This document shows positions 36,157 to 46,326 of a stretch of DNA of 64,000 nucleotides, in pieces (the first letter of the stretch is position 1; every line of letters starts with the position of its first letter). Where the stretch lies: the NCBI GenBank assembly GCA_964491455.1, contig CAZBFM010000001.1, positions 149,388-213,387 on the forward strand, in the 5' to 3' direction. Made by a program: the position numbers and the translations under genes. The notes beneath the pieces were generated by a model, which was not told the origin of the DNA, did not search any database, and was given only the letters and a program-made list of their open reading frames with translations. The stretch comes from an uncultured Candidatus Saccharibacteria bacterium (lineage in GTDB: Bacteria; Patescibacteriota; Minisyncoccia; 2-02-FULL-40-12; GWA2-44-9).

Positions 36157-37416
36157 CTATGAAAGTAACACGAAGAACGAGCCGGTCAATAAGAGAAAAA
36201 GCATGATCACGCCAAGAATCTGGATTATAGGCCTACTGGTGTGAGGACCAACGATAGCAGGATTACGGGCCATATGAACGATGAGCATGATAAGGAGCGG
36301 AGCGACCAGGCCATTGAGAATGGCCGACCAATAGAGTGCCGTAATGGGGGAGATGCCTAAAAATGGCAGGAGCATGCCACACGCTACCGCGGCTACCATC
36401 ACCAAATAGAATTGGCGAGCACGGTTGAATGGTTTATCGAGCGAAGCCGGCCATCCCATTAATTCGGACACAACATACGCTGCTGAGCCGGCTAGAACTG
36501 GAATTGCTAGTAATCCAGAGCCCACTAATCCGACGGCAAACAGGATGAATGCATAGTGACCTGCGAGCGGCTCAAGTGCGAGCGCGGCGTCTCGAAGCGT
36601 TACGATGTCAGCTCCACCAGCTCGAAAGATAGTAGATGCAGTTAGTGAGATGATAAAGAACGAGATGATGTTCGATGTAACCATCCCAATGCGATTGTCC
36701 AGCGTAATAGTAGAAAGTACGCCAGGATGTACTGTGCGGTATTTGCAGATCTTAATGTGAGGTCGTTCCTGGCGAATATCCTCTGCTTCTTGGGATGCCT
36801 CCCAAAAAAAGAGGTACGGTGAAATAGTCGTACCCATGATCGCAAAAAGTGTAATAAAGAATGCACGATCAATATGTAGCGTCGGTACGATGGCATGCCA
36901 CGCGATCGTGCTCCAGTCGGGTCGAATCATGACAAGCGCAATGCCATATACAAACAGTGAAAGGGCGAGCCACTTGAAGATTCTCTCAATCTGCCGATAG
37001 CGAAGAAAGATAACAATGCCGATGATGACCGCGGAGGTAACGATAGCAAGCATGTGAATAGAGGCAGGGATGAGCAGGTTTAGTGCACCTGCCATACCAT
37101 AGATATCAGCACCAATATTGAACACATTTGCACCGATCAGAGAGATGGCCACAATTGCCAAAAGCCATGCGGGATAGTGACGCTTCATGTTGCCAGCGAG
37201 TCCGCATCCCGAGAGCGCTCCAATGCGAGCGCACATATTCTGAATGGCCACCATGAAGGGCAGTATCCAAATGAGAATCCAGAGTGTCGCAAATCCGTAT
37301 CGCGCTCCGGCAATCGAATATGCAAGAATGCCCGACGGATCATCATCTGCGGTGCCGGTAATGAGTCCTGGGCCAAGTTTTTTCCAGAAGCCGGCGATGC
37401 GTCGCGTGAGTGACAT
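36157..37416 (-). CDS. mntH: Nramp-family divalent metal (Mn2+/Fe2+) transporter
   Basis: GPGLITGTADDDPSGILAYSIAGARYGF... with about 11 TM segments. The ATG at 37416 is used because the track's longer ORF overlaps the upstream small gene. Confidence 0.8.
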   Translation of the reverse strand: MSLTRRIAGFWKKLGPGLITGTADDDPSGILAYSIAGARYGFATLWILIWILPFMVAIQNMCARIGALSGCGLAGNMKRHYPAWLLAIVAISLIGANVFNIGADIYGMAGALNLLIPASIHMLAIVTSAVIIGIVIFLRYRQIERIFKWLALSLFVYGIALVMIRPDWSTIAWHAIVPTLHIDRAFFITLFAIMGTTISPYLFFWEASQEAEDIRQERPHIKICKYRTVHPGVLSTITLDNRIGMVTSNIISFFIISLTASTIFRAGGADIVTLRDAALALEPLAGHYAFILFAVGLVGSGLLAIPVLAGSAAYVVSELMGWPASLDKPFNRARQFYLVMVAAVACGMLLPFLGISPITALYWSAILNGLVAPLLIMLIVHMARNPAIVGPHTSRPIIQILGVIMLFLLLTGSFFVLLS

Positions 37417-37486
37417 GTTGTGTATAAGTATACCATGCGCAAATAAAAACGCCCCCGTTGATTCGGGAGCGTTCAGGCCAGCGTGA

Positions 37487-37736
37487 TCAGAGAAAGTGGA
37501 TCTCCGGACCAGCGAGCCCATCCGCGATAAAGGCCGTTTCGAACTTCGTCTTCATCATCGTGAGAAGCTCATCGCGGCCATCACCGCGTTGAAGCGTGAA
37601 GGGGACGGGATGGCGCAACCACTGGCGGTGTCGTCTGCGCAGAGCGACTAGCTCCGCTGGCAGATCCTTCAGCTGGGCGCTTGCGTATGCGACCATCGAT
37701 CGCGTGAACTCCGCAACAAGCGGATCGGTTTCCATG
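37487..37736 (-). CDS. Hypothetical small protein (83 aa)
   Basis: METDPLVAEFTRSMVAYASAQLKDL.... A hairpin with T-run lies just downstream on the minus strand (37441..37470). Confidence 0.3.
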
Positions 37737-37814
37737 GGCACCTCCTGTAAAAGATAATTAATAATATCATGAAATGAGCAAAAAGTCAACATGCACGTTG
37801 GTGTCTGTGGACAA

Positions 37815-37841
37815 TTGGCACTCTTGACGCACGAGTGCCAA
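37815..37841 (+). promoter_or_regulatory. CIRCE operator (HrcA binding site) upstream of hrcA
   Basis: TTGGCACTC-ttgacgcac-GAGTGCCAA is a perfect 9-bp inverted repeat with a 9-nt spacer (consensus TTAGCACTC-N9-GAGTGCTAA), 22 nt upstream of the hrcA ATG. Confidence 0.8.
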
Positions 37842-37862
37842 TTTTGATAGACTAGCACTGTC

Positions 37863-38621
37863 ATGACACGACTGCTGACCCCGCGACAGCTCCAGCTCGT
37901 TGCAAAGGTCATTGAAGAATTTATCGAGACAGCAGAGCCAGTATCGAGTAAGACCATTGCCGCCAGCGGTACCTTTGAAGTACGATCAGCGACGATACGC
38001 AACGAAATGTGTGATCTTGAAGATATGGGATATCTCGAGCAGCTCCACACGTCGGGAGGCCGTATTCCTACGGCGAGTGCATATCGTCTCTATGTGAACA
38101 ACTTGCTTGCAAGTGAGGGGGTTGTCATCCGTACTGCACATCGTCTTCGCATCGACCAAGCCCTTGCCGATAGCGACACGCGCGATCCAGAGGAGCTCAA
38201 TAAGGTGTTGGCTCGTATGGTGGGACAGTTGTCGGGTGCGCTCGTTATGGCAAACGTCAGCAAAAGTCCGGATTCATTCAAAATTGGCCTTTCCCAGCTC
38301 ATGAGTGCTCCGGAATTTCGGGAATACGACCGAATCTTGGGTCTCACAGAGTTTTTCGACCAATTTGATCAGATGGTGGAGCATTTGCATCGTGATATGT
38401 GGGATCGTGGCGACACGCATGATGTGAAGATATTCATCGGTACCGAAAACGATGACGAGCGAATCAAGGATGAAACGATGATCGTGAGTCGCTATCGACT
38501 CCCGCGCGGCGCAGAAGGGACACTCACATTAGTTGGACCGATGCGTATGGATTACCGAAAGAACATTGGACTGATGATGTATGTAGCCCAAGTAGCAAAT
38601 CAATTATCACGAACTTCATGA
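37863..38621 (+). CDS. hrcA: Heat-inducible transcription repressor HrcA (short form)
   Basis: N-terminal wHTH LLTPRQLQLVAKVIEEFIETAEPVSSKTIA... The stop overlaps the grpE start. Confidence 0.85.
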   Translation: MTRLLTPRQLQLVAKVIEEFIETAEPVSSKTIAASGTFEVRSATIRNEMCDLEDMGYLEQLHTSGGRIPTASAYRLYVNNLLASEGVVIRTAHRLRIDQALADSDTRDPEELNKVLARMVGQLSGALVMANVSKSPDSFKIGLSQLMSAPEFREYDRILGLTEFFDQFDQMVEHLHRDMWDRGDTHDVKIFIGTENDDERIKDETMIVSRYRLPRGAEGTLTLVGPMRMDYRKNIGLMMYVAQVANQLSRTS

Positions 38622-39091
38622 GCGACGAATTACCACAATCACCGGCGGAGCCAACTGCTCAGCAATCAGACGCCGTACCCAAGGAGCAGTATTATCGCCT
38701 TGCTGCGGACTTTGAGAACTACCGAAAAGCCATGGACCAGCAGTTGATTGAAATGAGCAAGTTCGGTATTCAACGCGTGGTGCTCAAGATGGTTGATGTT
38801 ATTGATTTGATGGATCATGCTATGGCGCATGCCACTGAAGCGGTGCGGCAGGAATCCGAATGGTTCCATGGTCTTGAAAAGATTGATGAGCAATTTCATG
38901 AAACGATGAAGGAGTATGGTGTGGTTCGCATTGACTGTGTGGGCAAGCTCTTTGACCCAGCGACAATGGAGGCGATTTCGCAAGTGCCTGGTGGAGAGCC
39001 AGACACTGTGCAATCAGAACTGCGAGCTGGCTACATGCTGCACGATCGAGTGATTCGACCGGCTCGCGTCATATTATTTACTTCTCAATAA
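38618..39091 (+). CDS. grpE: Nucleotide exchange factor GrpE
   Basis: YYRLAADFENYRKAMDQQ is the GrpE signature. Confidence 0.85.
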   Translation: MSDELPQSPAEPTAQQSDAVPKEQYYRLAADFENYRKAMDQQLIEMSKFGIQRVVLKMVDVIDLMDHAMAHATEAVRQESEWFHGLEKIDEQFHETMKEYGVVRIDCVGKLFDPATMEAISQVPGGEPDTVQSELRAGYMLHDRVIRPARVILFTSQ

Positions 39092-39164
39092 CGTAGCATT
39101 GATCCATCGATCGTTAGCGTTGCCCACGGGGAAACGACGACGAGCGAGCGATCTTGTATCAATT

Positions 39165-39581
39165 ATGCCGATTATCAAATACGATCCATTCCGAGACTTC
39201 GGAAAACTTATGGATGATGATTTCTTCGGATTCGTTCCGGCGGTGCGTCGCTCCATTGAGCCATCAATGGATGTGTATCAGACAGAACACGATCTCGTCG
39301 TTGAAATGCAGGTGCCAAAGATCGCTCCAAAAGATTTGAAGGTAACCGTCGAAGATGGCGTCCTGAAAGTCGAAGGGGGCACAGCTGAGCAGCAGGAAGA
39401 GAAGGGAAAAGAGTACTTCCGTCGCGAGATCTATCGTGGTCACTTTTCTCGCATGTTGTCTTTGCCAATAACGGTCGACGAGGGCGCCACAAAAGCTTCC
39501 TTTGAGCATGGCGTGTTGAAGATCACCATGCCGAAAGCCGAATCAGCGAAACCGAAGACAATTGAAGTAGAGGTAAAGTAA
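39165..39581 (+). CDS. Hsp20/alpha-crystallin family small heat shock protein
   Basis: Alpha-crystallin domain [37 protein letters not shown]...[13 protein letters not shown]. Confidence 0.85.
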   Translation: MPIIKYDPFRDFGKLMDDDFFGFVPAVRRSIEPSMDVYQTEHDLVVEMQVPKIAPKDLKVTVEDGVLKVEGGTAEQQEEKGKEYFRREIYRGHFSRMLSLPITVDEGATKASFEHGVLKITMPKAESAKPKTIEVEVK

Positions 39582-39654
39582 TCATTGGCGCCTCGGCCCC
39601 TGGTGTCGACAAGTTCGCCACCAGCGCCGAGGAACGAATAACATTCAACAACAT

Positions 39655-41535
39655 ATGAGCAACATACTAGGAATCGATTTAGGAACAACGAATTCAGCAA
39701 TGGCAGTTGTGGAGGGCGGACAGCCGCGCATTCTCGAAAATATCGAGGGCATGCGCACGACTCCGTCAGTTATCGCCACCGGTAAGACCGGGGATCGCTA
39801 TGTCGGCGTGACCGCAAAGCGCCAAGCGGTTACCAATCCAACGAACACGCTCTATTCCGTAAAACGTCTCATTGGTCGCAGATGGCAGGATGACGAGGTT
39901 CAGCGCGATCTCAAGCTACTTCCCTACGAAATCCGAAAGGGTGCCGGTGATTCCGTTGAGGTGAAAATGGGGGACAAGTGGTATAAGCCCGCGGAAATTT
40001 CCGCGATGGTGCTTTCGAAACTCAAAGCAGATGCAGAGGCAAAGCTTGGATCAAAAATTACTGAGGCAATCATTACGGTGCCAGCGTACTTCGATGATTC
40101 GCAGCGGCAGGCAACAAAAGACGCTGGTGAAATCGCTGGGCTATCAGTGAAGCGGGTTATCAATGAGCCAACCGCCGCTGCGCTCGCGTACGGATTCAAC
40201 AAGAAGAAAGACGAGAAAATCGTTGTGTATGATTTTGGTGGTGGAACGTTTGATATCTCGGTCCTTGAAGTCTCCGCCGATACGATAGAGGTGAAAGCAA
40301 CGGGAGGAGATACGCACTTGGGTGGAGATGATATCGATCAGCGCATTATTGATTTCTTGGTTTCCGAATTCAAGAAATCGCAGGGCGTTGATATCTCGAA
40401 AGATCAGCTTGCGCTCCAGCGCTTGAAGGACGCAGCGGAAAAAGCGAAGCACGAGCTCTCAACCACAACGCAGACAGAAATCAATATTCCATTCTTAACC
40501 GCCGACGCCTCGGGTCCCAAGCACTTCGGCATGACCTTCACGCGCTCGCAGCTTGAATCACTCACGAAGGAGTTGATTGATCGTTCCATTGAGCTGACCA
40601 AGAAAGCCGTAGCTGATGCGGGACTTTCATTTGGCGATATCAACGAGGTTGTCATGGTTGGAGGGCAGACGCGCATGCCCGCAATCATCGAGGCGGTGAA
40701 GGCGGTGTTTGGAAAGGAGCCACATCGCGATATCAATCCAGATGAAGTCGTTGCTATGGGTGCTGCGCTCCAGGGAGCTATCATGCAGGGCGATGTACAC
40801 GATGTATTACTCCTGGATGTTACGCCACTATCGTTGTCCATTGAGACTATGGGAAATGTGGCGACAGCAATGATTGAAAAGAATACAACCGTTCCAACCA
40901 GTAAGACACAAACATTCAGCACCGCTGCTGACAACCAACCCTCAGTGACGATCCGTATTGCGCAGGGTGAGCGTCCCATGTTTGCTGACAACAAGCTACT
41001 TGGAGAATTCAACCTCGATGGCATACCGCCAGCACCACGTGGTGTCCCGCAGATTGAAGTGAGTTTTGATATCGACGCCAATGGTATCTTGCACGTGAAA
41101 GCGCGCGATAAGGGCACCAACAAGGAGCACTCCATCCGCATTGAGGGATCATCGGGCCTTTCAAAGGAAGATAAAGAGCGCATGATTCGCGAAGCTGCAG
41201 AGCACGCAGCGGAAGACGCCCAAAAGAAAGAAGTTGCCGAAGTGCGCAATGCAACCGAGACACTCGTGTGGACCACGGAGAAAATGATTGCCGATAACAA
41301 GGCAAAGCTCAAAGAGGAAGACGTAAAAGATCTTGAAGTAAAAATTAGTGAAGTTAAAACTGCGCTTCAAGCAAATGATAAAGAGAAGATGAAATCTGCC
41401 GCTGAAGTGTTGAGTAAGAAGGCGCAAGATGTTGGCGCTGCATTGTACAAGGAACAAGCTGCAGCTGCACCAGCTGACGGACAGCCTGCAGCACAAGAGG
41501 CAACTGAAGCAAAGTCGGAGGAGAAAAAGCAGTAA
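39655..41535 (+). CDS. dnaK: Chaperone DnaK (Hsp70)
   Basis: [35 protein letters not shown]; 626 aa. Confidence 0.95.
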   Translation: MSNILGIDLGTTNSAMAVVEGGQPRILENIEGMRTTPSVIATGKTGDRYVGVTAKRQAVTNPTNTLYSVKRLIGRRWQDDEVQRDLKLLPYEIRKGAGDSVEVKMGDKWYKPAEISAMVLSKLKADAEAKLGSKITEAIITVPAYFDDSQRQATKDAGEIAGLSVKRVINEPTAAALAYGFNKKKDEKIVVYDFGGGTFDISVLEVSADTIEVKATGGDTHLGGDDIDQRIIDFLVSEFKKSQGVDISKDQLALQRLKDAAEKAKHELSTTTQTEINIPFLTADASGPKHFGMTFTRSQLESLTKELIDRSIELTKKAVADAGLSFGDINEVVMVGGQTRMPAIIEAVKAVFGKEPHRDINPDEVVAMGAALQGAIMQGDVHDVLLLDVTPLSLSIETMGNVATAMIEKNTTVPTSKTQTFSTAADNQPSVTIRIAQGERPMFADNKLLGEFNLDGIPPAPRGVPQIEVSFDIDANGILHVKARDKGTNKEHSIRIEGSSGLSKEDKERMIREAAEHAAEDAQKKEVAEVRNATETLVWTTEKMIADNKAKLKEEDVKDLEVKISEVKTALQANDKEKMKSAAEVLSKKAQDVGAALYKEQAAAAPADGQPAAQEATEAKSEEKKQ

Positions 41536-41542
41536 TGGGTAC

Positions 41543-41571
41543 AAAAAATCCTCGGCAGTGATGCCGAGGAT
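41543..41571. terminator. Terminator hairpin shared by dnaK(+) and the minus-strand gene 41591..41926
   Basis: aaaaa-atcctcggca-gtga-tgccgaggat. The T-run is on the minus strand. Confidence 0.55.
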
Positions 41572-41590
41572 GAGGAGTGCGTCTTGGTCG

Positions 41591-41926
41591 CTATGCAGTA
41601 AAGCTAATGAGCTGTCCGTTAGGCCGAACCGAGGGAGTTAGTGCTATGTTCCTGCTCTTAAAGAATTGGTCCACAAGCTTTACAATGCGAGCCGTGCGGT
41701 CAATGACCTCGCCGACCGTCTCATGAGGCATGCCCTCCACCTCGTAAAGAGCAATTCGAGGGGCATTTGGGGTTTCGAATTGAAAGAAGCGCATCACCGT
41801 CATCGAGATGTATAGGGCCTCGACGAGTTCTTGGGTCTCGCTGATATTCGCTTCGTTCACTCGGTGCGGGAGCGCTGGCAGTTCAATGCCCTCTCCGAGG
41901 CGTGTTGCGAATGTGCTTTCAGACAT
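41591..41926 (-). CDS. Hypothetical protein (111 aa)
   Basis: ORF with balanced composition, MSESTFATRLGEGIELPALPHRVNEANISETQELVEALY.... No family recognised. Confidence 0.4.
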   Translation of the reverse strand: MSESTFATRLGEGIELPALPHRVNEANISETQELVEALYISMTVMRFFQFETPNAPRIALYEVEGMPHETVGEVIDRTARIVKLVDQFFKSRNIALTPSVRPNGQLISFTA

Positions 41927-41987
41927 CGGATACCTCCTTCGGTAACGAGTGCTACTATTGCATTAATCAGGAGAGGCGTCAATTTCT

Positions 41988-42818
41988 GTGTCTGTTATTC
42001 CGTGCTACACTACCTCTATGGAAGCAATCCCACTCAAAAGAATATCTCTCATTTGTGCCGTTGCACTTTCCTCCGCATTGCTTTGGGCGACAGCGAAGCC
42101 ATGGCTTGAAAGCCCCATGCGGTTTGCCAGTTATACGGTAATCATCTGGCCATCGATTGCGCTAATTCTCTCCTCGGCGATTACTGCAATAACGTGGATG
42201 CTGTTAGAGCGTCCCATTGAGCGAGTCTCCGCAATTGTTGCTTCATGGGCTTCATTTATCCTTTTTTGGAGTCCTGACCTTTGGTATATCAGTATGCTTC
42301 CGCTCTTTGCTGGCCTGTGGTATCTGGCATCACAAAGAATCCGCTCCGATATGAGCGATCGCCACTCGCTTCGCGTGTCGACGTCTCTGGGTGCAGGCTT
42401 AACTCCGCTCATGTTGGGCACGTTCCTTATGATCTCATTAGGTTTCTATTTACTTCCATCCAACCACACGGTTGGCGTAAAAGAAGTGAGCGTTGGCGTG
42501 CAGGGCTACCTCAAGGATGCATACACCAATCCCGTGCTTGCGGCTCAGCTCAATCAACTGCCTGCATCGATGCGTGCGCAGGTGAAGTCCGATATCGCAA
42601 AAAATGTGGAGATGTATATTCAGAAGTACCTGGGTCCACTAGGATCGTTTCTTCCACCGCTCCTTGCCTTCGGTTTGTTTTTAGTTCTCTGGTCAGTGTT
42701 ATTCATTTATCGTGAAGGCGCGATTTGGTGTGGAGTAGGTATCTTTGCAATACTCAAGGCGGTTGGATTCTTGAAGGTTGCCACTCGTAGCGTCCAGGCG
42801 GAAGTAATCGAGCTCTGA
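41988..42818 (+). CDS. Hypothetical polytopic membrane protein
   Basis: About 6 predicted TM helices. Start uncertain. Confidence 0.5.
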   Translation: MSVIPCYTTSMEAIPLKRISLICAVALSSALLWATAKPWLESPMRFASYTVIIWPSIALILSSAITAITWMLLERPIERVSAIVASWASFILFWSPDLWYISMLPLFAGLWYLASQRIRSDMSDRHSLRVSTSLGAGLTPLMLGTFLMISLGFYLLPSNHTVGVKEVSVGVQGYLKDAYTNPVLAAQLNQLPASMRAQVKSDIAKNVEMYIQKYLGPLGSFLPPLLAFGLFLVLWSVLFIYREGAIWCGVGIFAILKAVGFLKVATRSVQAEVIEL

Positions 42819-42825
42819 ATTCACT

Positions 42826-43584
42826 ATGAATGACCCCTATAAAACTCTCGGCGTACAGCCAAGCGCTTCTGCTGACGACATTAAGAAGGCGTATCGGAAG
42901 CTGGCACATCAACATCACCCTGATAAAAAGGGGGGCAATGAGGCGCGCTTCAAAGAGGTGAACGAGGCATATCAGGTGCTTTCAGATCCCGACAAAAAAG
43001 CGCGATTTGATCGGTATGGCGATGCTGGTCAGCAGACCGGCGGATTCGGTGGAGGTGGGGGTTTCCAAGATGTTCATTTTGATTTCGGAGGTATGGGTGG
43101 TTCGGGATTCGAATCCATGTTTGATATGTTCTCTGGTGCCCAACAGCGAGGTCGTCCGGAAAAGGGTGAGGATTTACATTTGAATATTACCGTTGATACG
43201 AAGGATGTTGGCAAGCGCAAGGTGTATGAGTTTGAGGCGTTTCAACCCTGTACGACCTGCGAGAGTACAGGTGCGAAGAACGCAAAGTTTTCTGTCTGTA
43301 GTGAATGCAAGGGTCAAGGCCGACTGCAGCGAGCGGTGAGAACGCCGTTCGGAACGTTCGCGCAGGCCGTTGTCTGTCCCCAGTGTAGCGGTGATGGTAG
43401 GGTCCCAGAGTCGATGTGTACGAGCTGTTCGGGAGCGGGGCGCATGAAAGGAAAGCGGACCATCGAAGTGCATATACCAAAGGATATTCCCGATCGGTAT
43501 CTCATGGCATTTCCCATGGAGGGCAACGCGGGTCTGGAGGGAGTGCCAGCGGGGGATTTGCTTGTCACTATACGGCGCAAATAA
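42826..43584 (+). CDS. dnaJ: DnaJ-like co-chaperone, short form (J domain, G/F region, four CxxCxGxG zinc-finger repeats, truncated C-terminal domain)
   Basis: [32 protein letters not shown] (HPD), and the zinc-finger repeats [32 protein letters not shown]. Confidence 0.8.
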   Translation: MNDPYKTLGVQPSASADDIKKAYRKLAHQHHPDKKGGNEARFKEVNEAYQVLSDPDKKARFDRYGDAGQQTGGFGGGGGFQDVHFDFGGMGGSGFESMFDMFSGAQQRGRPEKGEDLHLNITVDTKDVGKRKVYEFEAFQPCTTCESTGAKNAKFSVCSECKGQGRLQRAVRTPFGTFAQAVVCPQCSGDGRVPESMCTSCSGAGRMKGKRTIEVHIPKDIPDRYLMAFPMEGNAGLEGVPAGDLLVTIRRK

Positions 43585-43616
43585 AAACCACGACACGTTG
43601 TCGTGGTAATGCGTGA

Positions 43617-43964
43617 CTACTGAAGTTCTTCCCACATGTGCGCGAGGCGCCAGATTGCCAACTGCTCGGATCCGAGCTGATAATAGAGCGCCCAGACCTC
43701 TCGAGGTGAGTCGCAGAGGTGATACCAATTTGCAACTACCGATGGGTCACTCACGGAAATTGGTAGTCGCGACTCGCCGGTTGGTGTCATGCCGATGCGT
43801 GCCAGTGCGATCTCTTGTCGAGATGTAAACCAATGCGTCTGATCAAAGGTTGGCTCCGGGGAAGAAAGATAGAGTACCACTTTCTCGGCGGATACTTGTG
43901 GAAGGCGTGTTGTGATGAACAGCACCTGTTCAGCTATAAACGTACGCCGACGTCCAACGGGCAT
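43617..43964 (-). CDS. Hypothetical protein (115 aa)
   Basis: ORF with a Trp-rich C-terminus. No family recognised. Confidence 0.35.
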   Translation of the reverse strand: MPVGRRRTFIAEQVLFITTRLPQVSAEKVVLYLSSPEPTFDQTHWFTSRQEIALARIGMTPTGESRLPISVSDPSVVANWYHLCDSPREVWALYYQLGSEQLAIWRLAHMWEELQ

Positions 43965-43983
43965 ATACTTTCCTTACTGCGTC

Positions 43984-44550
43984 TTATTTGACACGTTCAA
44001 CGTACTGACCGGTTTCGGTGTTGACGATAATTTCATCGCCCTCGTTGACGAATAGCGGAACGTTGAGCGTTGCGCCGGTGTCGATCTTCACCTGCTTTGT
44101 GCCACCCGTTGCAGTGTCGCCACGGATACCAGGAGGTGCTTCTACAATCTTAAACTGCATCTTAATCGGCAGCGAGATATTTATAACATCGCCATTCCAA
44201 TTGAGTGATTCAAGAATCGTGTTTGGTTTGAGAAATTGCGCACTTTCACCCACAAGTTCGTTGCTCAATTCAAAGCGATCCGATGGATCTTTGGGATTGA
44301 CGAACATAAACTTGTCGCGATGTGCGTACAAAAACTTGACCTCTTTACGCTCGACGTCGGCTTCTTCAAAAAAATCAGATTGTGCGAGGTTACGCTCAAG
44401 AACCTTCCCGTTTAGGAGGTTGCGCATGCGCGTCTGAACGACGGGACGTCGCTGCTGCATCTTGAGGTGGTGGGTTTCCAACACGATATACGGCGCGTCT
44501 TCGTAGATGAAATATGTTTTTGGCTTGAGGTCGTTGACTCCGAGTGACAT
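43984..44550 (-). CDS. efp: Elongation factor P
   Basis: MSLGVNDLKPKTYFIYEDAPYIVLETHHLKMQQRRPVVQTRMRNLLNGKV... Confidence 0.9.
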   Translation of the reverse strand: MSLGVNDLKPKTYFIYEDAPYIVLETHHLKMQQRRPVVQTRMRNLLNGKVLERNLAQSDFFEEADVERKEVKFLYAHRDKFMFVNPKDPSDRFELSNELVGESAQFLKPNTILESLNWNGDVINISLPIKMQFKIVEAPPGIRGDTATGGTKQVKIDTGATLNVPLFVNEGDEIIVNTETGQYVERVK

Positions 44551-44622
44551 AGGGTTGAAGTTAATTGAACGGAACGATTCTACCAGAAAAGGGTTGCCTC
44601 GTAAAGCATCTCACACGTCACC

Positions 44623-45549
44623 TTAGACCATACACGCCCCATCAATTGCCGAGCGTCCTCGCAAGAAATCGGCAGCGTTTTGCCGAGTAGAGCCTTCGAG
44701 TTGTAGCTCATCAATGGCAATGTGCGTATCAGCGCAGGAAATCCTTAACTCTGGTCCACGTGCATCAACGTTGCCGGGCGTCGTTGCCGGTTTCTGTGAT
44801 ACGTGTGCGCGCACGACGTTGAGCGTCTTTCCATCCCACGTTGTCCAGGTTCCAGGATTGTAGCCTAGTGCGCGAATGTGATTCAGTATGTCCTGCGCCG
44901 GAAGATTCCAGTTGATGCGACCATCTTCTCGCGTAAACTTTTTCGTGAACGTCGCTTCCGTGTCGTTTTGAGGTCGCGGAGTAATTTCACTGGTCAGGTA
45001 TCGAGGTAGTACGTCTAGAAGAAGCTGCGCTCCCAATTCAGAGACTTCACGCTCTGCTTCGGGTGTTGCAAGGGTGGGAGCAATGGTCCAGGCTCGTTGG
45101 GCGAGGATCGGTCCGTGGTCTTGCTGGTCATCAAGCAACATAATACTGACACCTGAGTCGGAGATGCCTCGCTGGATCGCTGTTGCCACGGGTGATGGGC
45201 CGCGAAGCTTGGGAAGTAGCGATGGGTGGATATTAAGCCACCCATGACGTGTAGAGGCGAGGTATTTCTGGGGAATAAGCTTCCCGTAGGCTACAACAAT
45301 GCATACATCAGCCTTGAGAGCCTCAAATTGGGCCCAGGAAGCATCATCTTTAAGGGTTGGGAGCTTGAGCACTGGAATGCCCAACAGCTCCGCCTCGAGG
45401 GCAATGGGGCTTGGCGTGAGCGTCTTTTTGCGCCCGAGAGGCTTGTCGGGGGTTGTAACCACGGCGATTGGCCGATAGGGCGAATTTACCAAGGCACGTA
45501 GCGCGGGTAGAGCAAAGGACGGTGTCCCGAAGAAAACGATGTTTGACAT
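44623..45549 (-). CDS. fmt: Methionyl-tRNA formyltransferase
   Basis: IVFFGTPSFALPAL, WLNIHPSLLPKLRGPSP (SLLP motif), and a C-terminal beta-barrel. Confidence 0.9.
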   Translation of the reverse strand: MSNIVFFGTPSFALPALRALVNSPYRPIAVVTTPDKPLGRKKTLTPSPIALEAELLGIPVLKLPTLKDDASWAQFEALKADVCIVVAYGKLIPQKYLASTRHGWLNIHPSLLPKLRGPSPVATAIQRGISDSGVSIMLLDDQQDHGPILAQRAWTIAPTLATPEAEREVSELGAQLLLDVLPRYLTSEITPRPQNDTEATFTKKFTREDGRINWNLPAQDILNHIRALGYNPGTWTTWDGKTLNVVRAHVSQKPATTPGNVDARGPELRISCADTHIAIDELQLEGSTRQNAADFLRGRSAIDGACMV

Positions 45550-45616
45550 TATTAGAAAAATATGCTATAATTGATTCACGAAGCTATGAGGCTTCACCTA
45601 CGAGCTTGGAGGCTCC

Positions 45617-45808
45617 ATGGACAAGTTCTTTTCGTTTTTGTGGCAGCCGCGCATCTTCGTTCGGATGTGCATCGCGGGAGTAGTTTGCATTGTCATCGCT
45701 GATCTGTTGTATTCGGTGACATTCCTTGCGATCGGGTTCGGGCTTATGGCCCTCGCGGCGATCACGTTCATATGGGAGGATAGCAAGCAGTATCCCGAGA
45801 TTCTGTAG
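45617..45808 (+). CDS. Hypothetical small membrane protein (63 aa)
   Basis: Two hydrophobic helices, followed by the terminator at 45827..45853. It sits on the opposite strand between def and fmt. Confidence 0.3.
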   Translation: MDKFFSFLWQPRIFVRMCIAGVVCIVIADLLYSVTFLAIGFGLMALAAITFIWEDSKQYPEIL

Positions 45809-45826
45809 CTAGCGAGTCGCTCCCTC

Positions 45827-45853
45827 AAGAGGCCTTCTGGCCTCTTTTATTTT
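45827..45853 (+). terminator. Rho-independent terminator
   Basis: aagaggcc-ttct-ggcctctt followed by ttatttt. Confidence 0.6.
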
Positions 45854-46314
45854 GCCATTTTACTGCGCTCTCGAATAGTGGTGCCGCGGAGGTGATCGGT
45901 TTCGTGTTGCAACACCCGAGCAAGCATGCCACGCGCTCTGAATTTTACACGTTCGCCATTGTTACCATCGATGGCTTTGAACATAATTTTTTTGGGGCGA
46001 CCAACATTCACCCAAAAGCCAGGAATCGAAAGGCATCCTTCCTCGAGCTCGTCGCGCTCAATGCCGTATTCAGTTATCTCGGGATTTACATACGCGGAAG
46101 GCACGCCATGTTCCGTGGCGAGCTTCTCGTCGATGATAAAGAGGGCCTCCGGACGACCAACCTGATTGGCGGCGAGGCCGATGCCGTTGTTGGCGAGCAT
46201 AGCAACCTTCATGTCGGATATGAGTTCCGTAAATACGCCAGCCTTAATGTCAGTCACAGAAATCTTCTTAGCTATTTTTGAGAGAATAGGATGAGGGACG
46301 TGCGTGAGCTCCAT
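45847..46314 (-). CDS. def: Peptide deformylase
   Basis: GIGLAANQVG, EGCLSIPG, QHETDHLRG (HExxH). Confidence 0.9.
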   Translation of the reverse strand: MELTHVPHPILSKIAKKISVTDIKAGVFTELISDMKVAMLANNGIGLAANQVGRPEALFIIDEKLATEHGVPSAYVNPEITEYGIERDELEEGCLSIPGFWVNVGRPKKIMFKAIDGNNGERVKFRARGMLARVLQHETDHLRGTTIRERSKMAK

Positions 46315-46326
46315 ACGAATATTATC

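Noticed and set aside
36642-38050. Minus-strand ORFs 36642..36896 and the long form 37487..38050
   Set aside because: The first is internal and antisense to the Nramp gene. The second overlaps hrcA and the CIRCE element, so only its downstream 83 codons (37487..37736) were kept, with low confidence.
40404-41312. 302-aa minus-strand ORF
   Set aside because: It lies entirely inside dnaK on the opposite strand and is a Ser/Ala-rich antisense shadow.
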